DNA of 64,000 bases from Eledone cirrhosa. Lineage: Eukaryota. Location: the NCBI GenBank assembly GCA_964016885.1, contig OZ024744.1, positions 119,660,001 to 119,724,000 of the forward strand, in the 5' to 3' direction. Both the position numbers and the translations under genes were made by a program. Of the stretch, positions 24,633-37,698 are shown piece after piece (positions within the stretch are counted from its first letter, which is position 1; every line of letters starts with the position of its first letter). Below the pieces are notes generated by a model. It worked only from the letters and a program-made list of their open reading frames with translations, made no database searches and was not told the origin of the DNA.

Positions 24633-24773
24633 AATAAACGAAGCTAAATTTTAATCATTTGACTTTTATTTAACTTTATTTTACACTACTCCGGAGTAAC
24701 CAAACCAACCTGCGCACTTCGTCGAGTGCTCCAGCCTGCATACTGAGGTGTTGGTATACAACCAACATAAACT

Positions 24774-24866
<93 letters not shown>

Positions 24867-24976
24867 TACATATAAATATATATGCATACATATATACATA
24901 TATATATGTATAAATATATACATATATACGTATATATATATATATATATATATGTATAAATATATACATATATATA

Positions 24977-25160
24977 TAGTTATGTAATAAACAACATAAG
25001 ATAATTATTTCATTTACCAATGGTTTCTTGAAGACAGATATTTATGTCTGTCTTCATTCATCAGAAGAAATAATATGAAATATTTATTTAATATGGATTT
25101 GAAAACAGTTTAGGACAAATGAAAGTGAGGTTGAGATAAAATAACGGGCAAAAATTTAGG
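24977..25160 (-). mobile_element. Family E 3'-terminal fragment; HHR at 25004-25074
   Basis: Minus strand: CTGATGA a tgaagacaga..tctgtcttca a GAAA ccattgg TA aatgaaataat; tail joins TA. Confidence 0.75.
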
Positions 25161-25354
25161 GGGAAAAACATAAATAAATATCCAAAACATAAATGTACAC
25201 ATACTTAAATTCACACATATACGTAATAGTACGTAAACGTAAGTGCGTCTACATGAAAATACAAATACACATATAAACGTGTGATCTTTTGCGCACATAT
25301 GCGCACACACAATCTCACATTCACATATATATTCAGTAATAACGTATAAATATA

Positions 25355-26470
25355 CTAGCAGTAGTACCCAGCGTTGCCAGGGTAGGTAAAATAATATGTG
25401 CTTTGATGAAAAGGTGTTGATCTTAGTGACTGCTTCTCGATGACTCATCTATGGCCACACACAGACCATGCGGGGGAGGGTGGTGATGACCTCTATCACT
25501 GAGAAACGCGGGTGATTGACGAAGGGGCATACTGGGGGAGAGAGGTAATGACCTCTAACACGCCAAATTTCCTCACGCTACTTGATTGGAAACCGATGAA
25601 TTCTCAAATACACACCTAAAAGCTCAGACGACGTCAGTGGCCATCGTTTTGCCTTTGACCATCTATAAGATGTGCAATGATAGGTTCTATCGTAGTATAA
25701 AAGTTGAACCAAATAAATTGATTTATGTGTGAGGTGGAGCCGAAGTTTCGAATTTGTACGAAATCGGTTGAAAAATGTGGGTGCTAATGATAGGTTCTAT
25801 CATAGTATAAAAGTTTAACCAAATAAATTGATTTATGCGTGAGGTGGAGCCGAAGTTTCGAATTTGAACGAAATCGGTTGAATGTGGGAGCTAGAGCCGA
25901 AATGGCGGAAATTTGAGCGAAAAGGTGGTATTTTTGAATATTTAAGCGGCTGCCACGCCGTTCCTCAACCAAAAATCAAAAATGTAAAGCCACTTTAAGA
26001 GGTGAAATAATCAGATCTAGCGTAGTGTAAAATTTGAACAAAGTAGGTTGATTAATGTGGGAGCTAGAGCCGAAAAAGTGGAAATGTGAGTCTAAAAGTG
26101 GTATTTTTGAATATTTAAGCGGCTGCCACGCCGTCCCTGAACAACAAATGCAAAATATAAAGCTATTACAGGATGTGCAATGATAAATTCTATTTTGCTT
26201 TAAAATTTGAACGAAATCAGTGGCAAAATGTGGGAGCTAGAGCCAAAAATCTTATTTTTTGATACCTAAAAAAAGGTGATCCCCCCTATCGATTTTTATC
26301 TGCAGAATGACACCAGAATAAAAAAAAAAACCATACGCTGATATATAGAAAACACTCCCTGATGACTAATCTATGGGCCTGTAAAGTTTCATGAAAATCG
26401 GTCGTAAGATGTAGGCCCCTACACGTAATACACAGGCACACACACACACGGCGCGCGCGCGCTACTTAAT

Positions 26471-26480
<10 letters not shown>
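25355..26480 (-). mobile_element. Non-autonomous Helitron-like element with internal repeats of about 110 and 170 bp
   Basis: Minus-strand 3' end ccctggcaacgctggg (hairpin) + tactactg CTAG|T. The opposite end aagtttcatgaaaatcgg..(CA)n..ttatatatat is typical of invertebrate non-autonomous Helitrons. The 5' TC is not visible. Confidence 0.7.
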
Positions 26481-26502
<22 letters not shown>

Positions 26503-26636
26503 GTTGATATATACTTGATAATTGTATAATTTATTTATATATATATATGTATATATGTGTAAATGAAGTAATTCCGTCGGAAAGGTCCAGGAAAAAAGTG
26601 CTTAATAGTTATCTAATAAACAACATAAGGTAATTA

Positions 26637-26699
26637 TTTTCATTTACCAGTGGTTTCTTGAAAGCAAACAAATTTTGCCTTCAATCATCAGAATGAAAA
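26637..26699 (-). ncRNA. Intact minimal type I hammerhead ribozyme (family E)
   Basis: ttttcatt CTGATGA ttgaaggcaaa-atttg-tttgctttcaa GAAA ccactgg TA aatgaaaa; 8-bp stem I, 11-bp stem II. An inverted tail copy lies at 26729-26772. Confidence 0.85.
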
Positions 26700-27290
26700 A
26701 ATCCTGGTGTATTTATTGTCAATAAATATGGTAAATGAAAATAATTACCATATGTTATTTATTACATAACTATATATATATATATACATATATACAAATA
26801 TATATATATATATATACACACACATACATATACATAGACAAATATCTCTATACATACACGCTCACATATATACATATATATACATATACACATATATGTG
26901 TATATATATACATACATACACATATATATATCCACTCAAGCACATACAAGCATTTGTAAACATACATACCCACATCTGCCTATGTACGCACGTATACACA
27001 GACATACAAAAGTTCAGACACACGCGCGCAAACTTGCGGTTAAGTGTGCACATAGCCGTAATCACACGTATAGGCATGATACTACATATATACAATTACA
27101 AATGACTTCACATTGGCAGGTAGTTAAGGGAACAGATATAAATAAAATTTAAAAAAATAAAAAAATAATGAATAACAAAAAAAAAAAAATAAAAAATAAA
27201 ATAAAAGCATAAATGGACGTGTTGACAACGAAAGGTGGGGGGAGGGATTAATAAATAAATATATAAATATATATACAAACATACGTATAA

Positions 27291-27472
27291 TTATCTACAT
27301 GGACACACTAGAAGAGGAAGACCAAGGTTAACATATGTTGATGCCCTAAGGACAGACACTGGTCTGTTGGAGATGCAGGATATGGCAGCGATAATGAGGG
27401 ACAGAGACCGCTGGAGAGAACTCGTCCATGGATCTCGGGAATTTTACCCGCCTTAGATAGATAGATAGATAG
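27291..27472 (+). mobile_element. 5'-truncated RTE-clade LINE 3' end with (TAGA)n tail and 10-bp TSD
   Basis: Translates HGHTRRGRPRLTYVDALRTDTG..M.DRDRWRELV..stop at 27454-27456; ATACGTATAA at 27281-27290 and 27473-27482. Confidence 0.85.
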
Positions 27473-27690
27473 ATACGTATAAATACACGCACACACACAC
27501 ACACAAACGTATACATACAAGCACACACACACACACAATATGTTAAATGAAATAAATGAAATAATTATCTTATGTAGTTTAAAAGCTCTGTAGCCTTCAT
27601 AGAGCACTCTTTTCCTTTACCTTTCCTACGGAAATAATTCCATTTTACATATATATATAGATATAAATATATACATATAAATATATACAC

Positions 27691-27721
<31 letters not shown>

Positions 27722-29029
27722 TATCGATACCGTCACTCGTGCCATATCTTTAAACCTAGCTGTTAGTATATAACAATGTCAGATTTGAATTCCCCACCAC
27801 ACTTCACATCTAGGACTTATCAGCCCCACAACTACACACTCTTTGATCAGCTCTTTCCTCTACACAACTCCTATGTATCTCTAAACTTATAGAGAATTAA
27901 ACATAAAGTTACCACCTTTTGATATAACTACTATCGCTTAATTATATTATATACAGTAATAGATATTTAATATGTAGAGACATTTAATGTAATATGTAAT
28001 AATAAATTATATATACATTTATATAATTAAATACTTAAATTAATAACATGTATATAAGGGATCTACCTTTAACACAACATAATAATAATAAAGTATATAT
28101 ACATTTATAATTAAATATATAAAGTAATAGCATTGTATATAAGGGATTAATTTTTAAACAATAATGTATATTATTACACAAATGATCTAACTATTTGGAC
28201 ATATAAACAGCTATACAATTTTCCATAACATATATCTTGTCCAGTAATGAATAGATAACAATCTAAAGAGACCTTTAATGTATTATAATAAAATACACTG
28301 TATTTAAAATCAAGTATAAATTTATAGCATTATGTAATAGAAATTCAATTGTATCACATTATAATGTGTATTAAAGCAAAGATTTTGAATAACTGAATTT
28401 AATTAGCTAGTTACCTCCCCTTACTCACTTCCGGAAATTAACCGTTGGAAAACCTACCCGTTGAACAACTATAGTCCATGAATAAGAATACATTAAAACT
28501 AATTTACAATCCATTGCTTTAACTAACTTAAAACATTCAATATAAACATTAACTAAAATATAATTCAACATATGTAATGGAAGAGACTGCAATAACTTTG
28601 TTTTTCTCAACACACACAAATTCAAACACTATCAACATACTACGTCCACCATAGATTTTAATACATTACATATTTGCTTAAAATACAGTATTTATTTATC
28701 TATATATGCATAATAACTTTGCTTATTTCCTTCTCATATATATGACTAACGCATTGCACTTTCTACACGACTGCATATGTATTGCTAATGTACTCTTTCT
28801 TTCTCAAAGCTCCTTTCACAATGCTCTTTAATTATTAGACTATTCTCTTGTATGTATTCCACTCTGTGCTTTTAATTTGAATTTGAATTTTTGTACAATT
28901 CTCGTAAAATATATGTCACATCCATTCCACCCTGTAAATACTAAACTGTTGTTCACAACATCAATATATGTGTATCTATATTATTGTTCAGTTGAATAGG
29001 AGGTTAATTACATGTACAAACATTGATAA

Positions 29030-29076
29030 TGCTCCGATGATTCCAAACGAAAGTTTGGAAGAAACGATTGTCAGCA
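29030..29076 (+). ncRNA. Hammerhead motif (U4C core variant) ending an AT-rich UTR-like segment of about 27725-29130
   Basis: tgct CCGATGA ttccaaac-gaaa-gtttggaa GAAA cgattg TC agca. Confidence 0.7.
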
Positions 29077-29187
29077 ATTAAATGATTTGAACACAACTTT
29101 GATAATTGTCTAATTTATTTATTACAAATATATGCATATGCATATACATATACATAAATATATACATATACATATACATAAATATAT

Positions 29188-29373
<186 letters not shown>

Positions 29374-29398
29374 GTATATATACATATACATATATTTT

Positions 29399-30715
29399 TT
29401 AGCCAGAATACTCAAACCCATCTTAGACACCTTGCCGGGACACGTTAACAGCTCCGAGGAGGTGTTGAAGCGCCTGCATCAAATGGATCCCGACACCAGA
29501 AGGAATAACAGATATGCCTTCAGCCTTGATGTAGTCGCTCTCTACACCTCGGTCCCGGCACTCTCCGCCGTCAATATACTGATGGAACGCGTCCAATCCA
29601 CCGACTTACACTGCTTCGGGCTCACCACCACTGACATCCACCAACTCCTATCCATCGTCGTCGACAACACCTACTTCGGATTCCTTGACCAAACATACCA
29701 ACAAACTTCGGGACTGCCCATGGGATCAAGCCTGTCGGGTGTGCTAGCGATCTCTTACATGGACAACCTCGAACGCAAGGCACTCAACGCCTGCCACCCC
29801 AACGCCGTAGCCTTTTTCTCAAGGTACGTGGACGATATCCTCATCCTCACATCTTCCCAAGACACGGCGAACAGAATCTATGAGACGTTCAACAACACGG
29901 ACGAGAACATTGACTTCAGTGTTGAACACCCCAACGAAGACGGGTCACTTGCCCTCCTCGACTTCCGAATCAACATCACGGAACAGGGAAGGATCCACTG
30001 CAACTTCTACCGAAAGGCAGCCTGCAGGGACCTGTTCGTTCACTACAAGTCGGCCCTCCCTAACAGTGCCAAAAGAGGATACATCACGAACGAGATCGCG
30101 CGAATCAAAAACAGATGCAATGATCCCGCGAGTGGTGTCACTCATACCAAGCGATTCCTCGAGGTGCTGGAGACGAACGGGTACCCTACCTCGATCACAG
30201 ACAGAATAGGAGACACCAGACACAAGAGACAGAGAGGCACCCAAGGCAAGTGCTTCCTTAAAATTCCACATCTGGGCGAGAATACCACCAACGCTATCCG
30301 CAAGGCTATACAGAGGGAGGGCCTCGACATCCACCTGGCCCACTCGGGCCCCTCCCTGCGAAGATGCCTCTCCAAGAAACCCGGGAAATCTACTGACGCA
30401 TGCTCCCTCAGAGACTGCCCGATACGCCATGCGAACTGTTGCCTACGCACATACGTCGTGTATGAATGTGACAGGTGCAACCAATACTACATAGGTAGCA
30501 CAATCCGACCTTTGCACATCCGGATCAAGGAACACACTAAAACCAGGGCCTCGTCTTTCCGGAAACACATAGACAAATGCGGAAACAAAGACGGAAGGCC
30601 CATTGTCACAATTCTAGCGACTGAAAGAAACGTCGGCACGTTACGTATCAAGGAAGCACTTTTTATCAAACGCCTGGCACCGCAAATAAACAACCGATTA
30701 GAGAGAAGCGAAATG
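29399..30715 (+). pseudogene. PLE family 1b, RT + GIY-YIG, 5'-truncated, homologous to 263-1798
   Basis: [56 protein letters not shown]. Two residues are missing after VVY relative to 1a. The ORF-track extension to 31147 reads through CA-rich UTR. Confidence 0.92.
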
Positions 30716-31087
30716 AGATGTAGCAACACACAACACACGCACACACAAACGAGACAACTACACACACACACAGTAGCATTCCACCATACGAACATACTAC
30801 ACTGCCAATACAGAGGAACAAGGCAACTACACTCGCACACACACACACACTCAAGCGAGACAACAACACACGCACACACGCACACAGTAACATTTAACAA
30901 ACAGGCAGAGAATGGACTGACAGCTAGCGCCACCCCACTCCCTCATTCGGCCGCTGACATCTGCCCGACCGACCCCATTTCACGCGCACGCGCGCTCTGC
31001 CGAATACCTCAGATATTCAAAACAACAAACAGCGGAGGACGCGTTTCGCCACCTGCCCGACAGACAACCTTTACCCCGGAAAAAAAC

Positions 31088-31123
31088 CCCCAGTTGATGG
31101 ATGTGAATCCGAAATATATAGGG
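31088..31123 (+). ncRNA. Degenerate hammerhead in the family 1b 3' UTR
   Basis: ccc CAGTTGA t ggat-gtga-atcc GAAA tata TA ggg; two core mismatches to CTGATGA. Confidence 0.5.
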
Positions 31124-31724
31124 ACTATTAAATCTCTCCCAAGGTAACTCTCTCTTGTGTTGTTACTTTTATTTTATCCTTTATACTCTTCCCTTCTTTC
31201 TTCTACACATTTACACATCTTTACACACCACGCATCTCAACGTACACCCACTTACATCTCTCTTTCCACCACCGAATCTTGTTACCCGGAGATTTACCCA
31301 TCTGCGTTGTCGAGGCTTCCAAACGACTTAAAGATATTTATTTATTATTCCACAATGCTTCAAGCAAACTTCAATACTCTCTTATTATATACATATATAT
31401 AAATATATACATATACATATATATAAATACACATATACATATATATATACTTATACATATATACATATACATATATACATATACATATATACATATACAT
31501 ATATATATACATATATATATACATATATATACATATACATATACATATACATATCTACATATACATATACATATATAGACATATTTACATATATATTTAT
31601 ATATACATATACATATACATATAAATATATACATATACATATATATAAATATATACTATTACATATATATATAAATATATACATATACATATATATAAAT
31701 ATTTGCACACACACACACACACAC

Positions 31725-31766
<42 letters not shown>

Positions 31767-32012
31767 AAAAAAAAATATATATATATATAGGGAAAAAAAA
31801 AAATATATATATATAGGGGAAAAAAAAAATACTGGTCCCCCCCCCCCCCACACACACATATATACACACACACATACACACGCGTACATCAACATACACA
31901 CACTTCTCCGTATAAGACAAAAGCTGAAAAATATCTTTTGACATGCTAAAATACCCCCATTGCTTTCAGACACATTCTTACTGACCATCCCTGCCACCAC
32001 AAATTACTCTGC

Positions 32013-32053
<41 letters not shown>

Positions 32054-32119
32054 ATCTTAATAGCCATTTGACACACATCGCTGCTAACCATTATCACAAC
32101 ATCGAACACCTTACTACTA

Positions 32120-32204
<85 letters not shown>

Positions 32205-32242
32205 CACACACACCTATTTGTTGTGAAAGAGTTATTTCTCAA

Positions 32243-32460
32243 TCTTGGCACAAAACCAATCTTTTATTCACATGACCTCTACCGACCAATCAAAATTGTT
32301 TTGACCACAAGAATTTTTGCTGGAGCCACTTTTTTTACATAAAAACAGTCTTGGCGCAAAATCAATTTTTTACATTCACATGACCTCTACCGACCAATCA
32401 AAATTGTTTTGACCACAAGAATTTTTGCAAATTGGAGCCACTTTTTTAACATAAAAACAG
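32243..32460. repeat. Two-copy tandem duplication of about 108 bp
   Basis: tcttggc.caaaa.caat...attcacatgacctctaccgaccaatcaaaattgttttgaccacaagaatttttgc...acataaaaacag occurs twice. Confidence 0.85.
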
Positions 32461-32668
32461 GTAGAATTCCCAAAACTAATCAGATCAGAGCAAACAGCAC
32501 GGACACTCTATCTCAAAATTATTTTTGAAAAGCATTTAGAAATGCGCAACCGGTAAAAACTTAAAACCACAACTGAATACTAACCCATACAATCACTAAT
32601 ACTCTTTTATTCCTAATTAAACCATTTTTCAACTGTGAACAATTTGTCAGCATTTTCTATTCCGTTTA

Positions 32669-32826
<158 letters not shown>

Positions 32827-32829
32827 AAC

Positions 32830-34680
32830 ATATTTCGTTTCTGAATTTGTTTAGCAAGATTCTTTATCTGAAAACGTGTGTTGAAACCGATATTGTTATA
32901 CTTTGGGAGGGTCATGTTGCCAATAAGAAACACACGCACCAGTTGTTTCACTCCAATTTATTATAAATTAAATTTATAAATTTAAGAATTTATAAATTTC
33001 CGGCTGGTTGGTTGGTTCCACAACTGGACGGCTGTTCATATATTGTCAAAGTTCTTTCGTCACACATTCTGTGACCTCTTCAGTTATTGGGGATTCTTTT
33101 CTTTGTTTTTGTGCCTCTCCTTTGTTCTGTCCTACGCCATCTTGTTTTTGTGTGTGTTGTGTGCTTAGTTTACGCATATGTTACATCCGGGAGTCTGTGT
33201 GTGTGTGTGTGTGTTTATCTAGGGCCCTTCTAAATTTGTAACCTAATTCACCTCTAGGGGTTGTATTGATGAACATTAGACTCTGGTACTTGTATTTATT
33301 GCTAACATAACATGAGTTTATTCTATTAACCTTATTCCCAGTTCTTTCTATTCTATTCCAAAATTTGCTCCTATAAAAGGGGCAGGTCCCATTTGTATCA
33401 TTATTTAACATTTTTTCCCATTTGGTTCTGGCTCCTCTATATACTCTGATTTTATCTCTCTGATTGTAACCAGAGAACTGCATACGGTGGATGAAGTGTT
33501 GTATACATGCGGAACACGTTTCTCATCACTCGTACTAAATCCGCAATCAGTATGTTGATTTTGGTGTGATCCGAAACAGCTGAGTTTCGGTGGATCAGAT
33601 ATTTGGAAGTCATGGGTTTGGCATAATGGGAATGGAGGATTTGTTTTTTGTTATTAATGGTTTCTAACCAGAGCTCTGTGTCTAGTACAGGTAATCGATG
33701 GTTGGAGTGTTTGCTTGGGTAGTCTATAGTAACTCTAATACTCTGGTGGATGGAGTTAGCTATTTGCTGGATGCTTTCCATGGTGTTTTTCTCTAATTCC
33801 TGACTGTTCTCTAGTGGGGGTGTTTTTACTACGATGTTTATATCATCAACGTAGCGGGAGTACATTATCAGGGTTAAGAGGTTGCTGTCTTCTAATTGTT
33901 CTTTAAATTTAAGTTTAAGTTTATTGTGCCACCATACCATAAATAGGTTAGCTATGTCACCTGCAATGCTAACACCAATGGCTGCTCTCTCCTCTTGGGC
34001 ATATGTTTTTCCATTAAATTTGAACATATGTTCCTTGAGGGTTAGTTTTATACTGGCCCCTACCGCATGTGCAATCATTTTCTTTAGTTCATCGTGGTTT
34101 TCGGGGGTCCGTATGGCTCTGGCCCACCCGTTCCATCTTTCTGTGTAGGTTTTCTTGGCCATTGAGGTAATGGTAGGTGGTCTGCCTCTTGCTGATTTTG
34201 TAGGGCACAGGTTGCTAAGGTCATACGTATCTAGATAATCATTACTATAGGTAAGTTTAAGTAGGAGTCCCAGCTCACTGGTATCAATCCCACGGAATTC
34301 AACATTACTCTCACTGATCATTTCTACGCATTTCTCCACAGCAAAGTTCACGTCAGTTGATGGATACAAGGACACAACATCCATACTTCCTATTATACAG
34401 TCTGTTAGGTCCCTAGATCGGTTATTTTCGCTGATTCTGCTGAGGAGGTCCTCCGTGCTGTCACACATATCTGGGGACATTTCAATGATGGGGCGTATGA
34501 TCAGGGAGAGGACGTAGGAAAGTCTGTAGTTACTAGCAATGTAACAATGTAAGCTCCACAGACTGGCCGTGTTGGTGGTCCTGTGACAGGGTCACTGTTG
34601 GTCTTATGGTCTTTTCGAAGCCCATACAACGCTGGCATGTCATTGTTCCAGGCCCGGAAGTTGTTGGCAGTCCTTTTAAA
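32830..34680 (-). mobile_element. PLE family A, copy A5 (RT present, GIY-YIG deleted); HHR remnant at 33045-33087
   Basis: PALYGLRKDHK..PTRPVCGA, IGSMDVVSLYPS, AIGVSIAG, RYVDD; about 500 bp are missing at about 33213 between tgtttat microhomologies. Confidence 0.92.
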
Positions 34681-35094
34681 GAATTTATAAATTTCCGGTT
34701 GGTTGGTTGGTTCCACAACCGGACGGTTGTTCATATATTGTCAAGGTTCTTTCGTCACACATTCTGTGACCTCTTCAGTGACTGGGGATTGTTTTCTTTG
34801 TTTTGTGCCTCTCCTTTGTTCTGTCCTACGCCATCTTGTTTTTGTGTGTGTTGTGTGCTTAGTTTGCGCATGTATTACATCCGGGTGTCTGTGTGTGTGT
34901 GTGTATGTGTTTATTTGTTTATTTATTTGTTTATTTACATGTTACTGGTTGGTTGTTTGTTCTATGTGTGTGTGTGTTTTCATTTTGTCATTAATTGTAA
35001 GTTGTGATGTTGCTATTCCATTCATGTTTTCTATTTAATTTTGGTTGGAGTTCATTTATGTTTATTGCCTCTGTGATTTGTCTAAACATTGCGT
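34677..35094 (-). mobile_element. PLE family A, copy A6 (3' segment in direct tandem upstream of A5); HHR at 34740-34782
   Basis: Endonuclease C-terminus + 3' UTR fused to the A5 RT start. Confidence 0.9.
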
Positions 35095-35098
35095 ATAA

Positions 35099-36572
35099 GT
35101 GTCCCTATATCCATCTATTGACGTGGATTTTGCTGTGGAGAAATGCGTAGAAATGATCAGTGAGAGTAATGTTGAGTTCCGTGGGATTGACACCAGTGAG
35201 CTGGGACTCCTACTTAAACTTACCTATAGTAATAATTACCTAGACACATATGACCTTAGCAACCTGTGCCCTACAAGACCAGCAAGAGGCAGACCACCTA
35301 CCATTACCTCAATGGCCAAGAAAACCCACACAGAAAGATGGAACGGGTGGACCAGAGCCATACGGACCCCCGAAAACCATGATGAACTAAAGAAAATGAT
35401 TGCACATGCGGTGGGGGCCAATATAAAACTAACCCTCAAGGAACATATGTCAGGAATTAGAGAAAAACACCATGGAAAGCATCTAGCAAATAGCTAGCTC
35501 CATCCACCAGAGTATTAGAGTTACTATAGACTACCCAAGTAAACACCCCAACCATCGATTACCTGTACTAGGCACAGAGCTCTGGTTAGAAACCATTAAT
35601 AACAAAAACCAAATCCTCCATTCCCATTATGCCAAACCCATGACTTCCAAATATCTGATCCACCGAAACTCAGCTGTTTCGGATCACACCAAAATCAACA
35701 TACTGATTGCGGATTTGGTACGAGTAATGAGAAACGTGTCCCGCATGTGCAACCCCGAAGAACTAGAGAGACATATACAACACTTCATCCACCGTATGCA
35801 GTTCTCTGGTTACAATCAGAGAGATAAAATCAGAGTATATAGAGGAGCCAGAACCAAATGGGGAAAAATGTTAAATAATGATACAAATGGGACCTGCCCC
35901 TTATACAGGAGCAAATTTTGGAATAGAATAGAAAGAACTAGGAATAAGGGTAATATAATAAACTCATGGTATGATAGCAATAAATACCAGTACCAGAGTG
36001 TAATGTTCATCAATACAACCCCTAGAGGTGAATTAGCTTACAAATTTAGAAGGGCCCTAGATAAACATAAACTCAATATTAAGATAGTAGAAAGACCAGG
36101 TACCTCCATACAAACACTTATTAGTAATACATACCCTTTTCAAAGACCTCCCTGTATAGATAAGAAATGTATAATCTGTAAACTAAGCCCCCATATTAAC
36201 TGTAAAACTAGAAATGTAGTATATAGCATAAGATGTACTGAAGGACAATGTAAAGATAATAATATAGGTGAGACAGCTCGATAGAGAGCTTCAAGATAGT
36301 AAAGAATCATCTGTACTCCACCAACATGCTAAAATAGAACATAAGGGTAAATTAGAGAACATAGAAATAAAAATAAAATCTACACACAGAAAAGACGCAA
36401 TGTTTAGACAAATCACAGAGGCAATAAACATAAATGAACTCCAACCAAAATTAAATAGAAAACATGAATGGAATAGCAACATCACAACTTACAATTAAGG
36501 ACAAAATGAAAACACACACACACATAGAACAAACAAACAACCAGTAACATGTAAATAGACAAATAAATAAAC
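35099..36572 (+). mobile_element. PLE family A, copy A7, head-to-head with A6, internally deleted, 3' UTR truncated
   Basis: ORF pieces 35099-35497, 35640-36284 and 36268-36498; the YVDD region is deleted at about 35450. Confidence 0.9.
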
Positions 36573-37385
36573 ACAATATATTCTTCCTTGTTTGTTGTTA
36601 ATTTTGTTTTCCGAAGTGCGTTCCAGATGGTTCTAGCTATCCCATCGTGTCTCATGGGGAGGTAGTAGCGAGATGACATTCTTTCCCAGCTGGCAACAAT
36701 GTGGCTTACATCCTCGATCTTTGTTTTACATAGCCTACATTTTTGTGCAGCAGATATTTGGTAGGGAGTTCTTGTTCCTGTATTGCATAGAGATATCCCA
36801 CAAGGTGTGATGTCATAAACTTGTCGGAACTCCATGCCAGCCTTTTTGAGTGGTTTATCCCCTCCATAGTCTGTGTTTTACGTCTCAAGTATCCATGCAC
36901 AACTTTCTCTGTAAATTGGTCAATTTTTTCATCTTGAATGTTTGAACATTAAATAGGATCTTCCGATTTCTCTGGGTGAGAAATTTATATCAGGCTTTAT
37001 TACATATCTCTCCTCCAGATCGGTGGCTATTCTAATGATACTTTTTTTTCATGCTCATAAACCTGGGCAAGATGGTTGCCAACCTTTTTCCTCTGTTGAA
37101 GGTGTTGCTTCAGTGTTACTATCCGGGTCTCATATGATGTTAATATTGATTTTAGACCCCGGCCACGTTCCTTGCGTGAGAAGTATAGCCTATCCACATC
37201 ACCATTGATGTTACAGTTCCCAGTAACACTGAGAAGTTTTCGAGTTCTAACATCCATCTCACTTAGTTCTTGCAATGACCAGTTCAGCAGGCCAAATGTT
37301 GGCGTTGGAATTGGCACAGCATAAGTATTGCGGGCAATGTATTTGTTGTACGCTGACAGTTCTGATGACCATATTTTCTTTACGC
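36573..37385 (-). mobile_element. R4/Dong-clade non-LTR retrotransposon fragment (post-RT region to zinc knuckle)
   Basis: [67 protein letters not shown]; frameshifted. Confidence 0.85.
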
Positions 37386-37431
37386 ACATACATACTATGT
37401 ATGTATGTGCGTATGTATGTATGTATATATG

Positions 37432-37558
<127 letters not shown>

Positions 37559-37625
37559 ATATATATATATAGGTGTGTATGTAGGTGTTTATATATTTTT
37601 ATATGTTTATATATATATATGTGTG

Positions 37626-37692
<67 letters not shown>

Positions 37693-37698
<6 letters not shown>

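Larger units (their letters stand above)
21086..24778 (+). mobile_element. Element B right arm, inverted 5'-truncated copy with about 95 nt of extra 3' tail
   Basis: 21086-24683 is the reverse complement of 17089-20690 with only scattered substitutions and small indels; 24684-24778 is unique, then (TA)n. Confidence 0.95.
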
